From the NCBI RefSeq assembly GCF_006345805.1, contig NC_042999.1:161324001-161388000 (forward strand): DNA of 64,000 nucleotides, written 5' to 3'. Positions within the stretch are counted from its first letter, which is position 1. Each line of letters begins with the position of its first letter. The notes beneath the pieces were generated by a model, which was not told where the DNA came from, searched no databases, and saw nothing but the letters and a program-made list of their open reading frames with translations. Shown piece after piece: positions 12,181 through 28,385 of the stretch. The stretch is from Octopus sinensis. Its lineage: Eukaryota. The translations under genes were made by a program, and so were the position numbers.

Positions 12181-12939
12181 TTCAGTTTACCAGGTAACTT
12201 ATATTTACAAAATTTGTCAAATTCCTATATTCTACTGCCCAGAAATGAAAAAGAAGGGGTTTGTGGCGACAGATTGATGCAGAGGTAAAGACAATAGCTG
12301 ATTTGGGAAAACAGCGCTGTTGTTTCCACTGGTAGAACGGAGACATATACAAACGGAATCGCTTAGTTCTCAGAGGCACCAGCACCAGAGTCCATCCTGG
12401 AAGCATCTGAGAAGCCAATGGTTCCCAACCCCCACCCAACCAGAGACAGACAGATTCTCAGCAGCAGTTCTTCTTCACAGTTATATGGCGATGAGAGTGG
12501 ATGGGTAAAATGGTACATGGAGAAGAGTAGAAAACCACGCGTAGCTGTAAAAATGTGAAGATGAACAAAAGAAAAGACATGGGCCTACTCTAAAATCAAG
12601 AAGGCTATTCGAAATCGGGTAGAAAGCCGTACTCAGTGTGAATTAAGCACAGAACGGTGAAACATTGAAATATAGCTAACAATATGGATCGTAATGATGA
12701 TGACCACGGTGATCAGGACAATGATGAAGTTGTGGGGTGAAGTATATCTTGATGGTATGGTGAGTATCCATATTTGTTTTGGGCACAAGCTTTTTAACAT
12801 GTCTGTTACGCTTTTGCCACACCCCAATAGAGGTGTGTGCGTGCATGCGTATTTGTGTGTGTGTGTGTGTTATAGACCCATATGCATAATAACTTCCTTT
12901 TCAATGGCTCATATTGTTTGTATGGGCTCTTGTGACCAA

Positions 12940-12965
12940 TAAAATTATTACTATTATTATCATTA

Positions 12966-13015
<50 letters not shown>

Positions 13016-13082
13016 CATTATTATTATTATTATTATATTATTATTATTATTATTATTATTATCATTATTATCATTATTATTA

Positions 13083-13116
<34 letters not shown>

Positions 13117-13156
13117 GTTATTATTATTATCATTATTATTATTAATATTATCATTA

Positions 13157-13188
<32 letters not shown>

Positions 13189-13223
13189 ATTTTTGTTATT
13201 ATTATTATCATTATTATTATTAA

Positions 13224-13270
<47 letters not shown>

Positions 13271-13327
13271 TATTATTGTTATTATTATTATCATATTATT
13301 ATTAATATTATTATTATTATTATTATT
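12940..13327. repeat. Imperfect (TAT)n array
   Basis: Direct reading. Confidence 0.95.
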
Positions 13328-13553
13328 TTGAATCTCACAAGGAAACTTCGAAAGCTTCATAAAACGTAACCTTTGACCGTCTTCTGCGCTCTAAAGTTTA
13401 CTACGTCTCTTCTTGAACTCTTCGAATAGGAGAGACACATCCCACTTTCTTTCCTTTCTATGTTAGTTTCGTTTTGTTTTTTGTTGCTCTTTTCTTTTTC
13501 GCATTTTCTTAAGTGAGGCCTTGTTCTCAGTGACATTTAGCAAATACATTTGG

Positions 13554-13555
<2 letters not shown>

Positions 13556-13644
<89 letters not shown>

Positions 13645-13648
13645 ACAC

Positions 13649-13687
<39 letters not shown>
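13556..13687. repeat. (CA)n microsatellite
   Basis: Direct reading. Confidence 0.95.
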
Positions 13688-13689
<2 letters not shown>

Positions 13690-15039
13690 ACGCGTTTATT
13701 AACACGCTCGAATCTAACAACTACATCACTGCCACCATTACCACAACCACAATCATCATTATCACCATTATCATCATTATCATCATCATCGTCGCTGTCA
13801 TCATCATCATCATCATCATCATCGTCATCATCATCATCCCTTCCACTAGTGTTATACATATCAACATCGTATCCACAGATGCTACCGCGCCACCACTACC
13901 GCCACAGCCATAATCAACACAAGTACTACATCCAACATCGTTTCTTCGTTTCCATCACCACCACCACTCTACTCCCAACCAGCCCTTCGCCACCCTTACA
14001 ACTGCTACAAACAATAACAACAGCAACACCATAACAGGCACACCACTATTTTAACTACTAAAACGTCGACGACGTCAGTGAGATGCTGTAGAAGATGAGA
14101 ATTATCAATCAATATATTCATGACCGATTAAAATGAATCGATTTAATAAGACATGAAACATACCCTAAGGGAATGCATATTGTCTTGTCTTGAAACGGCC
14201 ATTTTGCTCTACTCTCTGCTAGTCATTCATATCTTAAACGGACAGTTTTTGTCTTATGCATCTTTATATTCTGTTTTACTCATCCTTTTATTCACTCATT
14301 TGCTCATTACAATTACTCTTTTGCTCATTCACTCAATTTTTCATTCATTTATTCATATATTCAATTATTCCATTTCCCTTGTCGTCTGTCTTTTGTCGTT
14401 TCAGTAAATAATTTCAATTCTGCTTCTTTATATTTCCTTTTTATTCATTCACTTATTTACACATTTGCTCATTCAAATCGCTCCTTCTGTCGCCCATACA
14501 GAGTTTCTTTCACTTATTCCTTTCTTAATCCGCTACTTATTTAATCTTTTAGGAACTCCTTCTATTTCATTCTGTTTCATAAAACGTTTCAATAGGTAGA
14601 TTTTCTCAGTCGTATGTCACTCATTCACTCGTCAAATTACACTCTTTCCTTCAAACTCATTTTCCCGCAATTCTATATTAATTTATTAATAAGAATTATA
14701 AAATAATGATTATTTTCTCCTACTTCTTTATTTGTCTTTTATGCTTCAACATGAGATTTTCTTCTCAATTTTTTATACTTCACAACTCATTCTATTCACA
14801 TATTTCTTCACTCCGCTTATTACTTTAATCATTATCACTCATTTGACATTTATATTTTTTTAATTTTATTTGGTATTTTCATTTCTTCCAGGATTTTATC
14901 ATTAAAATCACTGTTTTAATCATTCACTCAAATTTTCTTTTATTTATTGATTCCTTTAACTCATTTTATTTACCTCCATTCTTTTCATATTTCATTTCTG
15001 TATATATGTATGTATGTGTGTATATATGTATATATGTTA

Positions 15040-15418
15040 TCTTTAAATTGTTTCAGTTTCAAAGCTGCTGTCATGCTGGGACACCACCGTTCACAATGCT
15101 ACACCATTATTTGTAACCTCCTCTGATATGTGGCATTTGGTGAATGAGGGAGTTTGATGCTGCTGTCCTCATCTGTGTTTCCTGCCATGAAGTAGGCTCA
15201 TCTGGAACCCTTGACAGAAGGAGATCCAGTTTTGTTTTGAGGACACCTACATCCACACTATGCAGGTCCCTCAGGCATTCTGGAAGAATATTGAAGAGCT
15301 GTGGGTCCTTGAAACCCAAGAGGTTGCAGTTCCTGGTCCTGTATTTTGATGATATTGCTAGGATCTTTGGCACTACACAGTGGACGCTCCGCTCTGCTGT
15401 TTGTGTAACTTGTGGAAC

Positions 15419-15421
<3 letters not shown>
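15040..15421 (-). mobile_element. CR1-group (APE-type) LINE 3' end
   Basis: CNLLGFKDPQLFNILPECLRDL..KTKLDLLLSRVPDEP..NSLIHQ; homologous to 33541-33711 and 40079-40448. Confidence 0.85.
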
Positions 15422-15477
<56 letters not shown>

Positions 15478-16796
15478 ATATTTCTGTTAACGTTTTGGCG
15501 TTCAACGAGTGTACTGGCATAGATGTGGCAACATATGAAATTTTGTCTAGGTATATGCAGCTGATGAGGACAATCAAATCTATGTTGTCAAACGTATTTG
15601 AAGAGTCTGAAACCGGTATTTCATTATCCGATTCTGGTTTTCCATTTTTCAGATGTTCTTCCTAGGTAAACAATTTTTTTTCATGTTTGTTGCACACACG
15701 CTTCTTTGCTAATATATACGCAGTAAAACTATACAGATCGTCGTATTTATTACGATTGCTATTTTCCAGTAAATATCGGTGCCTCGTTTATTTACTTATT
15801 ATATATATATATATATATATATAGATATATATATATATATATATATAATATATATATATGGCAACTAATTTTTTATCTCGCGAGTGGAGTAGATCCATGC
15901 CTTGTTTTACAGAAGTAGTCAAATTACGTGAAATAAATGAACGCGCACCATCCAAGTGTACAACCAAATCTACTGTCTTTCAGTACTTTCTACCATTTTT
16001 CTATTTTCAAGTAGACAGTGGCTTTTTGAAGGTGTATGTCTTTGGTATAAGTATTCTACAAATACTTTGATAGGTAACCCCTTTTTGGCTATTAATTAAA
16101 CGTAGGCGTTGTCTGTTTGATCAGTGACAAATGTTGACATTTGCCGTGTTAATGTTAAATTCAAAGTTCAATGCTAATTTGTCGTCATTTCGTACATCTC
16201 CTCTCGTTGCCATTATTGTGTGTCTGATAAATTTTTGTTCAAGTTCTTTGCTGAAATTAAAGTATTCATTAGCAAAGCATTCGTTTTTGTAATGTAGCCG
16301 TATGAGGTCCTTTACGTTTGGAAATCTTTTTCACCTGTAGGCCCAGACTCACGATTAGATAGTTGTCACTTTTAAAATGTTTGGCTCACGTGACCATCAT
16401 GTGACACAGTAAGTACGTAAAATTTGTTACCCGCAAAACAACAAGAATGCTCTCTTACTATTTCCAAATTTCATTCACAATGTTTTGTTTGGTCAACTCG
16501 GGACTGTAGCAAAAGATATTGCCAAGAGAATGTCTTTGCCACACAGCAATTGCCTTGCCCACACGTTTTCATTTCTTTATTTCTTCATCACCTTAACCAC
16601 TTGCTCTACCTTTTATTCCTTCATAATCATCCCCTTGTCCCAGCAAACACTTCCAGTTTTCAATTAATACCCACCGAACATCAAAAAACTCATTTAAACA
16701 TTACATAACCACTGCCAGGCATACTTTGCAGTGTCTAATTTTGCCATTCTGATTTCAAATCCCACCTAAACCGACTTTAATTTTCTCTTCTCCTTC

Positions 16797-16834
<38 letters not shown>

Positions 16835-16898
16835 TCCCTTCTCTCAATATGTATATATTTATATGTATGTAAATATATGTATGTGTGTGTGTGTGTCG

Positions 16899-17422
16899 CT
16901 ATTCAGTTTTCTCTCAAGATTTCTTGCCAAAAAAGAAAGAGTTGGTTTCTAGCTTAGATCCAAGGCTCCTTTATTGGAATTTCAACAACATCATCAGGGT
17001 ATTTTTATATGTATGTATTTGTGCAGGATTGTATGTTTTGTTTTATGTATGTATTCTCATTCACATAGATGTATGTCTGTATATGCTCATATTTACTTAA
17101 ATGATAAACTTCTGGAAAGTTTTACAGATTTTTACAGTTCCAGTGATTTATTGGATTTGTAGTCTTCAAATCAGCTTTCTTCTTTCTGGTTTTGAGAACC
17201 CTAATTTCTCAAGATTGGTATTTAGGCAGTACGTTACATATCACAGTGCCCCAATAATTACAGGTATAAACTTAAACTTGTAATCTGGATAGAGTAACTG
17301 TAGATTTCTCAATAGTTCAGCGTATTTTCTTTTTCGCTGATCTTCAGCTTTATATTAACATCCGCTGAGCAGCTGATTTCCACAGCTGTGCACAGTTTCT
17401 CTTCTCTATTCCAAATCACTAT
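16899..17422 (-). mobile_element. RLE LINE family II, 3' fragment (copy A)
   Basis: IVIWNREEKLCTAVEISCSADVNIKLKISEKEN..FIPVIIGAL..GTVKICKTFQKFII*; high nucleotide similarity to 21555-21870. Confidence 0.88.
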
Positions 17423-17772
17423 GTATGTATGTATGTATGTATGTATGTATGTATGTATGTATGTATGTATGTATGTATGTATGTATGTATGTATGTGTGT
17501 GTATGTGTGTATGTACGTGTGTACGTATGTATGTACGTGTGTATGTATGTATGTATGTATGTATGTATGTATGTATGTATGTATGTATGTATGTATGTGT
17601 GTGTATGTGTGTATGTATGTGTGTATGTATGTATGTATGTATGTGTGTATGTATGTATGTGTGTGTATGTATGTATGTATGTTTGCATGTATGTATGTAT
17701 GTATGCATGTATGCATGTATGTATGTATGTATGTATGTATGTATGTATGTATGTATGTATGTATGTATGTAT
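17423..17772. repeat. (TATG)n array
   Basis: Direct reading. Confidence 0.95.
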
Positions 17773-18108
17773 GATTATCTCTCAGTTCCTGAAATATCCG
17801 TGAAGTCAGTATCACTAGCCCAAATAATAATTATTCTTTTAAACTTTTACTGTTTCCAGTCTCTGGACTGCAACAAGGTTTTTCGTCAATCACTTAATCT
17901 CCTCCACACATTTCGGTCTTTTTCTAAATTTACCGCCCTCTAGTTATCGGATGGTGAAGGTACTTTTTGGTTTGAAGGAGCACAACTCGATATACGAACA
18001 CTCACCCTGCCCCCTCCCACATATTTACAAATACATGAGTGTGTGTGTGTGTGTGAGAAAGAGAGAGACAGAGTGTGAAGATTCTAACAGGAAAACCACT
18101 ACACAGGA

Positions 18109-18144
<36 letters not shown>

Positions 18145-18255
18145 TGTATGTATGTATGTATGTATGTATGTATATATGTATATATGTATATCTATCTATC
18201 TTCTATCTATCTATCTATCTATCTACTATCTATCTATCTACTATCTATCTATCTA

Positions 18256-18332
<77 letters not shown>

Positions 18333-18797
18333 TACATACACATATATACATATATATAGATTAAATCTTGTGTAGTTATATTATCGCCATTTTGATATTT
18401 ACCATCAAAGTTCCAAAGTTAACTGAACTACCAAATCGTATATAGATGGCGCTACATTTATTCAAGCAGAGCTAATCATGGCTACTCAACAGCATCATCA
18501 TCATCATCGTCATCACCATAACCACAAAAACCACTACCACCACCCACCACCACCACCACTACTACCACCACGACTACCATCACCATCATCACCATCATTA
18601 TCATCATCACCATCATCATCATCGTCGTCATCCTCGTCGTCGTCGTCGTCATTATCATCATCATCATCATCATCATCATCAATAATAACATCAACAATAG
18701 CAACAACAGCGAAACAATACAGAGAGCCAATTATCTTTTTGAAATAGAATTCACAGAAATACATCAAAGAGTTATTTTATAACTACAGAAGGATTTG

Positions 18798-18833
<36 letters not shown>

Positions 18834-19112
18834 AGGCAGAATTACAGATATATATTGTTAGAATGTATGTATACAATAATGTAATAAACGTGCTCTCGCA
18901 CATACATACATACACACATACGTACACACATACATACATATATACATACATACACACATACATAAATACACACGTACATACATACATACATACATACATA
19001 CATACATACATACATACATACATGCATACAAAATGCATCTATACATACATGTACACATACAAACAGCATTTACAATGCGTATAAATAATGTATACAATAT
19101 AATACGTGTGTG

Positions 19113-19151
<39 letters not shown>

Positions 19152-19154
19152 TCC

Positions 19155-19193
<39 letters not shown>

Positions 19194-20118
19194 ACAAAGA
19201 ATGGTTTTTTTTATGTGTCTATATACATGTAACTCATGATCAGCCAGATTCATATAAAAGCAGTTTCTCTGAATCCTACTTCAGCGTGGTACTTATGTTA
19301 ATAAAAACAGCCATTTTTTTTTGTTTGACTACGAGGAATGGCTGCTAGGAAGAATCCTGTTGACTCTGGCTTCAAAACATTACTGTCACGGAATCCTGCA
19401 AGTGCTGCATATGGACACATTTATCTACAGTAACCTAAACCGTGTCTGAGTAGAGAGAAATTTATATGGAGTGACTGTCTTCAGATAATCTTGGCTGTCT
19501 TTGTTAATGAAATTATATTTATATCATGATGGCTGACTTATCGACAAATATTTCGGACATATTTGTGTTCAGTTTTGAACCTGAATGAAACACTCAAACG
19601 GTCAACTATTTTGTGATTTATCAGCTACCAATACTTGATTTATTTATATGTTTGTAGGTACGCATGAAAATTCTCCCAGTGTTAAATGTTCAGTGTTAAA
19701 TGTTAAATGTTTTGTGCTTAATTGCTATCGGCAAACTATTTTCCTCGTTGTCATTAAATAATTAATAAAATATTCCTTAAATAGGAATTGTTTCGTTAAT
19801 GACGAACTGTCAAAAGCACAAATTTGTAAATTGGTTATCCAATACGGTGCTAGCCTTATTTCTGACAGTTTTATAGTGAAGTTGATCTATACTATTAATT
19901 AGGGAATGGGGCCAGGACTACATCTTTGAAGAGTTTGTCAATAAAACATGAAACGATTCGTTTCTCCACACATCACTAACATAGAAAGACTGTGCATACA
20001 TTCTTATTGCACCTACAATGAGACACACACACACACATACTCCCCCCCACACACACATAAACATATGCGCTTGGGTGAATGCGCATGGCATCATTCATAT
20101 ATATATATATATATATAT

Positions 20119-20149
<31 letters not shown>

Positions 20150-20374
20150 AATATATAATATATATATAAATAGATGTATATTTGAAAAAATATTTGTATA
20201 ATTATATTTAAATTAAAATATAAATATATTTATAGAAGTTTAGGTGAGGGAGATGGTAGAAAGACAGATGTAACTTATCATGAGGGGTGTAATATCCATG
20301 TGCCTGTGGATAGATATAGATAGATAATATAAATAATATATGTATGCATGCATAGATATATATACGCATATATG

Positions 20375-20530
20375 GGTACAGGACGTCACAAACTGTAAAC
20401 AACATGAAATACGAAAACAAGCGAGTTAAATACGCAAACAATGAGAGAGAAAAATTGGAAACAGGACAAATAACACAAAGGACGACCCTTCATCAGTTGT
20501 CGACTGTCTATTCTACTCCTCGTTTCGAGC
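20375..20530 (-). mobile_element. Short dispersed element, related to 54545-54720; possibly a PLE terminal repeat
   Basis: Shared gtacaggac..acaacacaa(a)gga..cccttc(a/t)tcag..gtttcga layout. Confidence 0.5.
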
Positions 20531-20934
20531 AGTCACTTTTGCTGCCGTAGTTCAAAGGCTTTTAGACACAATGCGTTTCACTATTTTGCTGTCGATCTCT
20601 GTGAGCTTCGTCTTCCTTCCATAATTATACTTGCCAGAACTAGGTCTGTATTGCTTTTGGAATGCCAACGATGCTTTTAGAGACTGCAAGGTTTTTAGTA
20701 AATGAAATCCAACAAGTTGTCCCTTGGGAAACCAGATAGATCACGCATTTTAACTTATTTAAATATAACTATCTGTAAAATAAACGCAGGGCTATATCTT
20801 GAAGCACAGGGTATGCCTAATATACATGAACACATATACACAGACTTGAACAGTTTTGAATTTGTCGTGCTAAAAAAAAATGGTTCAATAAAAAGTAATG
20901 TTTTTATTATTTTGGCCCGCTCTTGCATATATCT

Positions 20935-21180
20935 ACACACATATATATATAAACACACGCATACATATACATATATATACATACATACTTACATACATAA
21001 ACACATACATGCATTCATACGTACATACATACATACGTGCATACATACGTGCATACATACATGCATACATACATACATACATACATACATACATACATAC
21101 ATACATACATACGTGCATACATACATACATACATACATACATACATACATACATACACATACATACATACATACATACCT
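20935..21180. repeat. (CATA)n array
   Basis: Direct reading. Confidence 0.95.
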
Positions 21181-21182
21181 AC

Positions 21183-21870
21183 AATAGCCGGATTACTACC
21201 TCCCACTTTAAAGGGTATGTGTTTGCAATCCAGGAACAGTAAATATCAACCAAGTACCTGATGCACGAAAGGGGTAGGGATGCGGGAAAAGCAGTAAAAT
21301 GTGACAACCGATGCAGACTTTGTGGAGTTCATACTGAAGATATCACCCACATCATAAGCGGTTCTCTGAAAATATCACCACGGTATTATCTTCTGATGAG
21401 ACATGACGTTGTAGCTAGGACACTATAAATGACAAAGGACAAAGAAATAAAAACCCACAATATAGTAGAAGCCATAACAACTCATAATGAAAAGGAATAC
21501 TGGTGGAATGTACCAGTGAAAACCTCAATAAAATGTAAGTACAACAGACCTGATATAATGATTTGGGATTGAGAAGAGAAACTGTGTACAGTTGTGGAAA
21601 TTAGCTGGCCAGTGGATGTTAACATAAAGCTGAAGATCAGTGAAAAAAGGAACGCCTATGATGAACAATTGAGAAATCTACAGTTACTCTATCCAGATTA
21701 CAAGTTCAAGTTTATACCTGTAATTATTGGGGCCCTGGGATACGTAACACACTGCTTAAATACCAATCTTGAGAGATTAGGGTTCTCAAAACCAGAAAGG
21801 AGAAGGGTAATTCGAAGACTACAAATCCAATCCATCACGGGAACTGTAAAAATCTGTAAAACTTTCCAGA
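21183..21870 (+). mobile_element. RLE LINE family II (copy B)
   Basis: ITTSHFKGYVFAIQEQ, CRLCGVHTEDITHIISG, RHDVVA, YWWNVPVK, NRPDIMIWD..VEIS, FIPVIIGALG, GTVKICKTFQ. Confidence 0.9.
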
Positions 21871-21871
21871 A

Positions 21872-22009
21872 TACAGTTTTATATTTAAGAGATGAGGAAT
21901 TGTGTACATTATTTACATTATTTACTATTGACAGATATTTGTCCTCATCATGTTCGTTGTTAACACAGCGTTTCGGCTGATATACCCTCCAGCTTTTATC
22001 AGCCGAAAC
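21872..22009 (-). mobile_element. Penelope-like terminal-repeat fragment with decayed hammerhead core
   Basis: Homologous to 30860-30980. Confidence 0.85.
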
Positions 22010-22010
22010 T

Positions 22011-22250
22011 GATATTGTTGGAACAACAGGATACATACCAGCCAGTCTGGAAAAAAGTACAGTTGAACTTGGGTTCTTGGAGAAAGAAAGCGAATCCTTA
22101 ATTCATACACTGCAAATGATCACCGTATCTGAAACTATAAAAATCTATAAAACCTTCGTAAGATATAAAGGATGATGAACAAAACAAAATGCTGTTCTTC
22201 GCAACCAAGCAGGTGGCCAGTCGAAATTTACTTTAAATTAAAAGAAGAGA
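22011..22250 (+). mobile_element. Diverged RLE LINE family II C-terminus (copy C)
   Basis: IVGTTGYIPASLEKSTVELGFLEKESESLIHTLQMITVSETIKIYKTF aligns with IIGALGYVTHCLNTNLERLGFSKPERRRVIRRLQIQSITGTVKICKTF. Confidence 0.75.
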
Positions 22251-22677
22251 ACATACATACATACGTGCATGCATACATACATACATACATACATACATAC
22301 ACACATACATACATACATACATACATACATACATACATACATTCATGCATGCATACATACATACATACATACATACATACATACATACATACATGCATGC
22401 ATGCATGCATGCATGCATACATACATACATACATGCATGCATAAATACATACATACATGCATACGTGCATACATGCATACATACAAGCATGCATACATAC
22501 ATACATACATACATGCATACATACACGCATGCATGCATACGTGCATACATACATACATACATGCATGCATAAATACATACATACATGCATACGTGCATAC
22601 ATGCATACATACAAGCATACATACATACATACATACATACATACATACACGCATGCATGCATACGTGCATACATACA
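22251..22677. repeat. (CATA)/(CATG)n array
   Basis: Direct reading. Confidence 0.95.
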
Positions 22678-23093
22678 TTAAGGTTTAATCAGCTGCCTTT
22701 TGACATACGTCTGTTCGTCCAAATAGAGCCAAACAGCAAAACCGTACACACCCCCCCACTTCTGTGTTATTTACTTATTGTGATTTGTTTCCATGTAAGG
22801 TATGGTGTTGGTGTTTGTGCTTTATAAAGCGGTGAAATATAATGGGGGAGTGAATGGTTCGGTGGAGGACGTATGTGCATTAGAGTGGTACACACGATGG
22901 TGCTGATAATGGGTTGTGCCAGTTAAGCCGCTGATTGCATCTATACTCCCTACATATATGAGAATGTGTGTGCTTGTGTGTATATCGAACGTATGTATGT
23001 GTGTACGTATGCATATATAAATACATATATGCATACATACGCACACGCATATATTTTGGAATATATGTAAGAAAATATACATAATATTCACAT

Positions 23094-23256
23094 AGGCGCA
23101 GGAGTGGCTGTGTGGTAAGTAGCTTGCTAACCAACCACATGGTTCCGGGTTCAGTCTCACTGCGTGGCATCTTGGGCAAGTGTATTCTGCTATAGCCCCG
23201 GGCCGACCAATGCCTTGTGAGTGGATTTGGTAGACGGAAACTGAAAGAAGCCTGTC

Positions 23257-23304
<48 letters not shown>

Positions 23305-23518
23305 ATATGTTTGTGTGTTTGTGTTTGTCTCCCTAGCATTGCTTGACAACCGATGCTGGTGTGTTTACGTCCCCGTAACTTAGCGGTTCGGCAAAAGAGA
23401 CCGATAGAATAAGTACTGGGCTTACAAAGAATAAGTCCCGGAGTCGATTTGCTCGACTAAAGGCGGTGCTCCAGCATGGTCGCAATCAATTGACTGAAAC
23501 AAGTAAAAGAGTAGAAGA
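23094..23518 (+). mobile_element. SINE family A, full length
   Basis: Colinear with other family-A copies. Confidence 0.92.
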
Positions 23519-24074
23519 ATATGTATATATGTATGTGCTTGAATGTGATTAGTGTATGTGAGTGCGTGAGAGTATATATGTATGTGTGTGTGTTTGTGTG
23601 TGTGTAAACGTAAACGCACACAAAGGCCGCACACTACGTAGTCTACGTATTTCTGTGCCAGCAAGCTTCGTAAAGCGAAGTGGGTGTGTTTAGGAGCTGG
23701 ACGCACAGACAGACGTAAATCTAGAAATAATTCAATGAAGAAAATAAAATGGATTCAACTGCTCCGTAGTGTTTATGACATTTTAAATACATTTCCTTCT
23801 TTGCCTATTGCCTTACACACCTCCACACAGTCTGCCATTCTCCACCTCCTCTACACCCAGTATCCGAATTATCGTGGCCTCAACCCTTACCAAAGAATCT
23901 GCCCCGGCGCTGCCGTTTCTCCTGTAAGCACCTATCACCCTCACTACCACCACCAACAACAACAACAACATCATTCCCAGATCACTAACTACACCATCTC
24001 CTCCCACTATCACTCACTAATTTGTCAATGTCTTCCGTGTATCTCACTTCTCTGGTTTCTTTTACTGTTTTTGG

Positions 24075-24110
<36 letters not shown>

Positions 24111-24504
24111 TGGTGGTGGTGGTGGTGATGGTGGCGGTGGTGGTGGTGGTGGTGGTGGTAGCCGTAGTGTTAGTTTGGTTATTTGGCAGGAAGGTCAGCC
24201 CTGACCAAACAAGAGATACGATCAAATATCTTCCGACCGTGACCATCCTGTCACTGTCATTTTTTTAATTATTATTATGTAGCGTTTTCACAATGTATCA
24301 CATCTTAAAGAAAAAAAAAAGCGTTTCCGGAAGATTTTGGTTGCTATTTCTCGGAAGTCTACCGAACCGCCGTGAGCCTCCTCTCATACACCTCCCTCCA
24401 GTTGTTGCTGTTGTTGCTGATGTGGTTTCTGGTGTCCTTACAACAATTGTCGCTGTTTTATTACTTAACTCGTTTTTGCTATCACTGCTGTAGAATTTGT
24501 TGTT

Positions 24505-26860
<2,356 letters not shown>

Positions 26861-27676
26861 TTTTATTATTACCATTAGTATTCTTTTGTTGTTGTTGTGA
26901 TTGTTGTAATTGCAAACATAGCAGTCTTTTTTTGCTGTTTGCCTTTTTTCCTTCGTTTTTTTTTTCTCTCCGGATTTTGTTGGTCTGTCGAAGTTAAAAT
27001 ATTCGGTAATTCAATAAGCCATGGGGTGTGACGGGTGTGGCATTCGATCTCTGGAACTTGAAATTACCAGCAGCGATAAACTATTGATAAGCCATGTTAA
27101 TGATTTCCTCCGTCCATTACCTCCACTCGCATCTAGGCTACAACCCCACCCCGCAAGACACACACACACACACTCCACATAAAAAGCATGCGCGTAAAGC
27201 ACTCCTACATTCCACCCCTCACCTGCAACTGAAATGTATTCCGGACATATAGATAGACACACATGAGCAGATAGGCGCACTTGTACATAGAAAGAAACGC
27301 ACGTACGCATGCGCACACACACACACACTGTTTGTTTAATGCCTAGTTGCACATTTGACAGAAGACAGTTGTATCATTTACTTTTTTCTATCGCTCCTTT
27401 TTCTACCCTAACCCCCTCCTCTCATTCTATAATGCTCTCCATGCAAGCTGGCATACTCTCTGTGTAGCTACGCATGTCTATCATCCTAACTCCCGTGTCG
27501 ACTGTGTGCCTGCCTGATCGCCTATACGGCTACTTATGGCTACATATATGAATATGTGTGCGCGTGTATTTGGGTATAAGAATATGCGAGTGAATGTTTG
27601 CATGTAGTGAGGGATCGAGGTGTGCCTATCCTGAGTCCACTAACTACAATTGGGACTAAAATGGAAAACATTTCTC

Positions 27677-28094
27677 GGATCTTTTCGGTTTAAACGGCAG
27701 TTTTTTAAAATAATTTCCACGTAACTAAACACTTTTAAACTTCGTATACTGGTAGAATGTGTTTATAAAACATCATTTTCTCTTGGCTTTATTTAGAAAA
27801 TTCTATAGTTTCTAAGATATTTGTTGTTTTTTTCTTCAATTTCTGCAATTTCAACCAATAAATGACGTCCATTGAGGTAAAAAACATTCTGTGTGCCGTA
27901 TGAATATGTCCCTCGTTTAAGAAACAGATTGGGTTTATTTACATTTGTGAAGAAAAAAAGATACCCTTCCCCCACCCCTAACCCTAACCCTAAAATAGAT
28001 TGAAATGCAATAGATCGATACTAGGGTTATAATTATGGGTGACAATTTCATATGACACCGCTAGAAAAAACTGCCGTTCAAACCGAAAAGATCC
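27677..28094. mobile_element. 418-bp MITE with 30-bp TIRs and probable 8-bp TSD
   Basis: TIRs ggatcttttcggttt(a/g)aacggcagtttttt with 1 mismatch; flanks catttctc / aatttctc. Confidence 0.85.
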
Positions 28095-28318
28095 AATTTC
28101 TCCAAGGTGGTATAACAGTGGCTTAGAATTCAGAACTACTTCGTTACGAAATGAATTTCTTAACCTCAAGCATACACACGTAACACTATATCGTCCATCC
28201 TCCAGTTTTGTAACTTTCTCTATATATATGTATGTATGTATGGTATGTATGTATGTTTATGTAGTATGTATGTATGTATGTATATATGTATATACATATA
28301 TATATATATTATATAATA

Positions 28319-28358
<40 letters not shown>

Positions 28359-28385
28359 TATTATATATAATATATATTATATATA

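Noticed and set aside
12240-12420. Gypsy integrase C-terminus (NGDIYKRNRLVLR)
   Set aside because: A single short motif with no supporting upstream domain.
15540-15600. Kinase-like VYAADEDNQIYVVKRI or hAT-like LAFNECTGI peptides
   Set aside because: Flanked by stops; too short to distinguish from chance.
19325-19450. Short segment open in several frames on both strands
   Set aside because: No splice signals or recognisable homology; too short to call.
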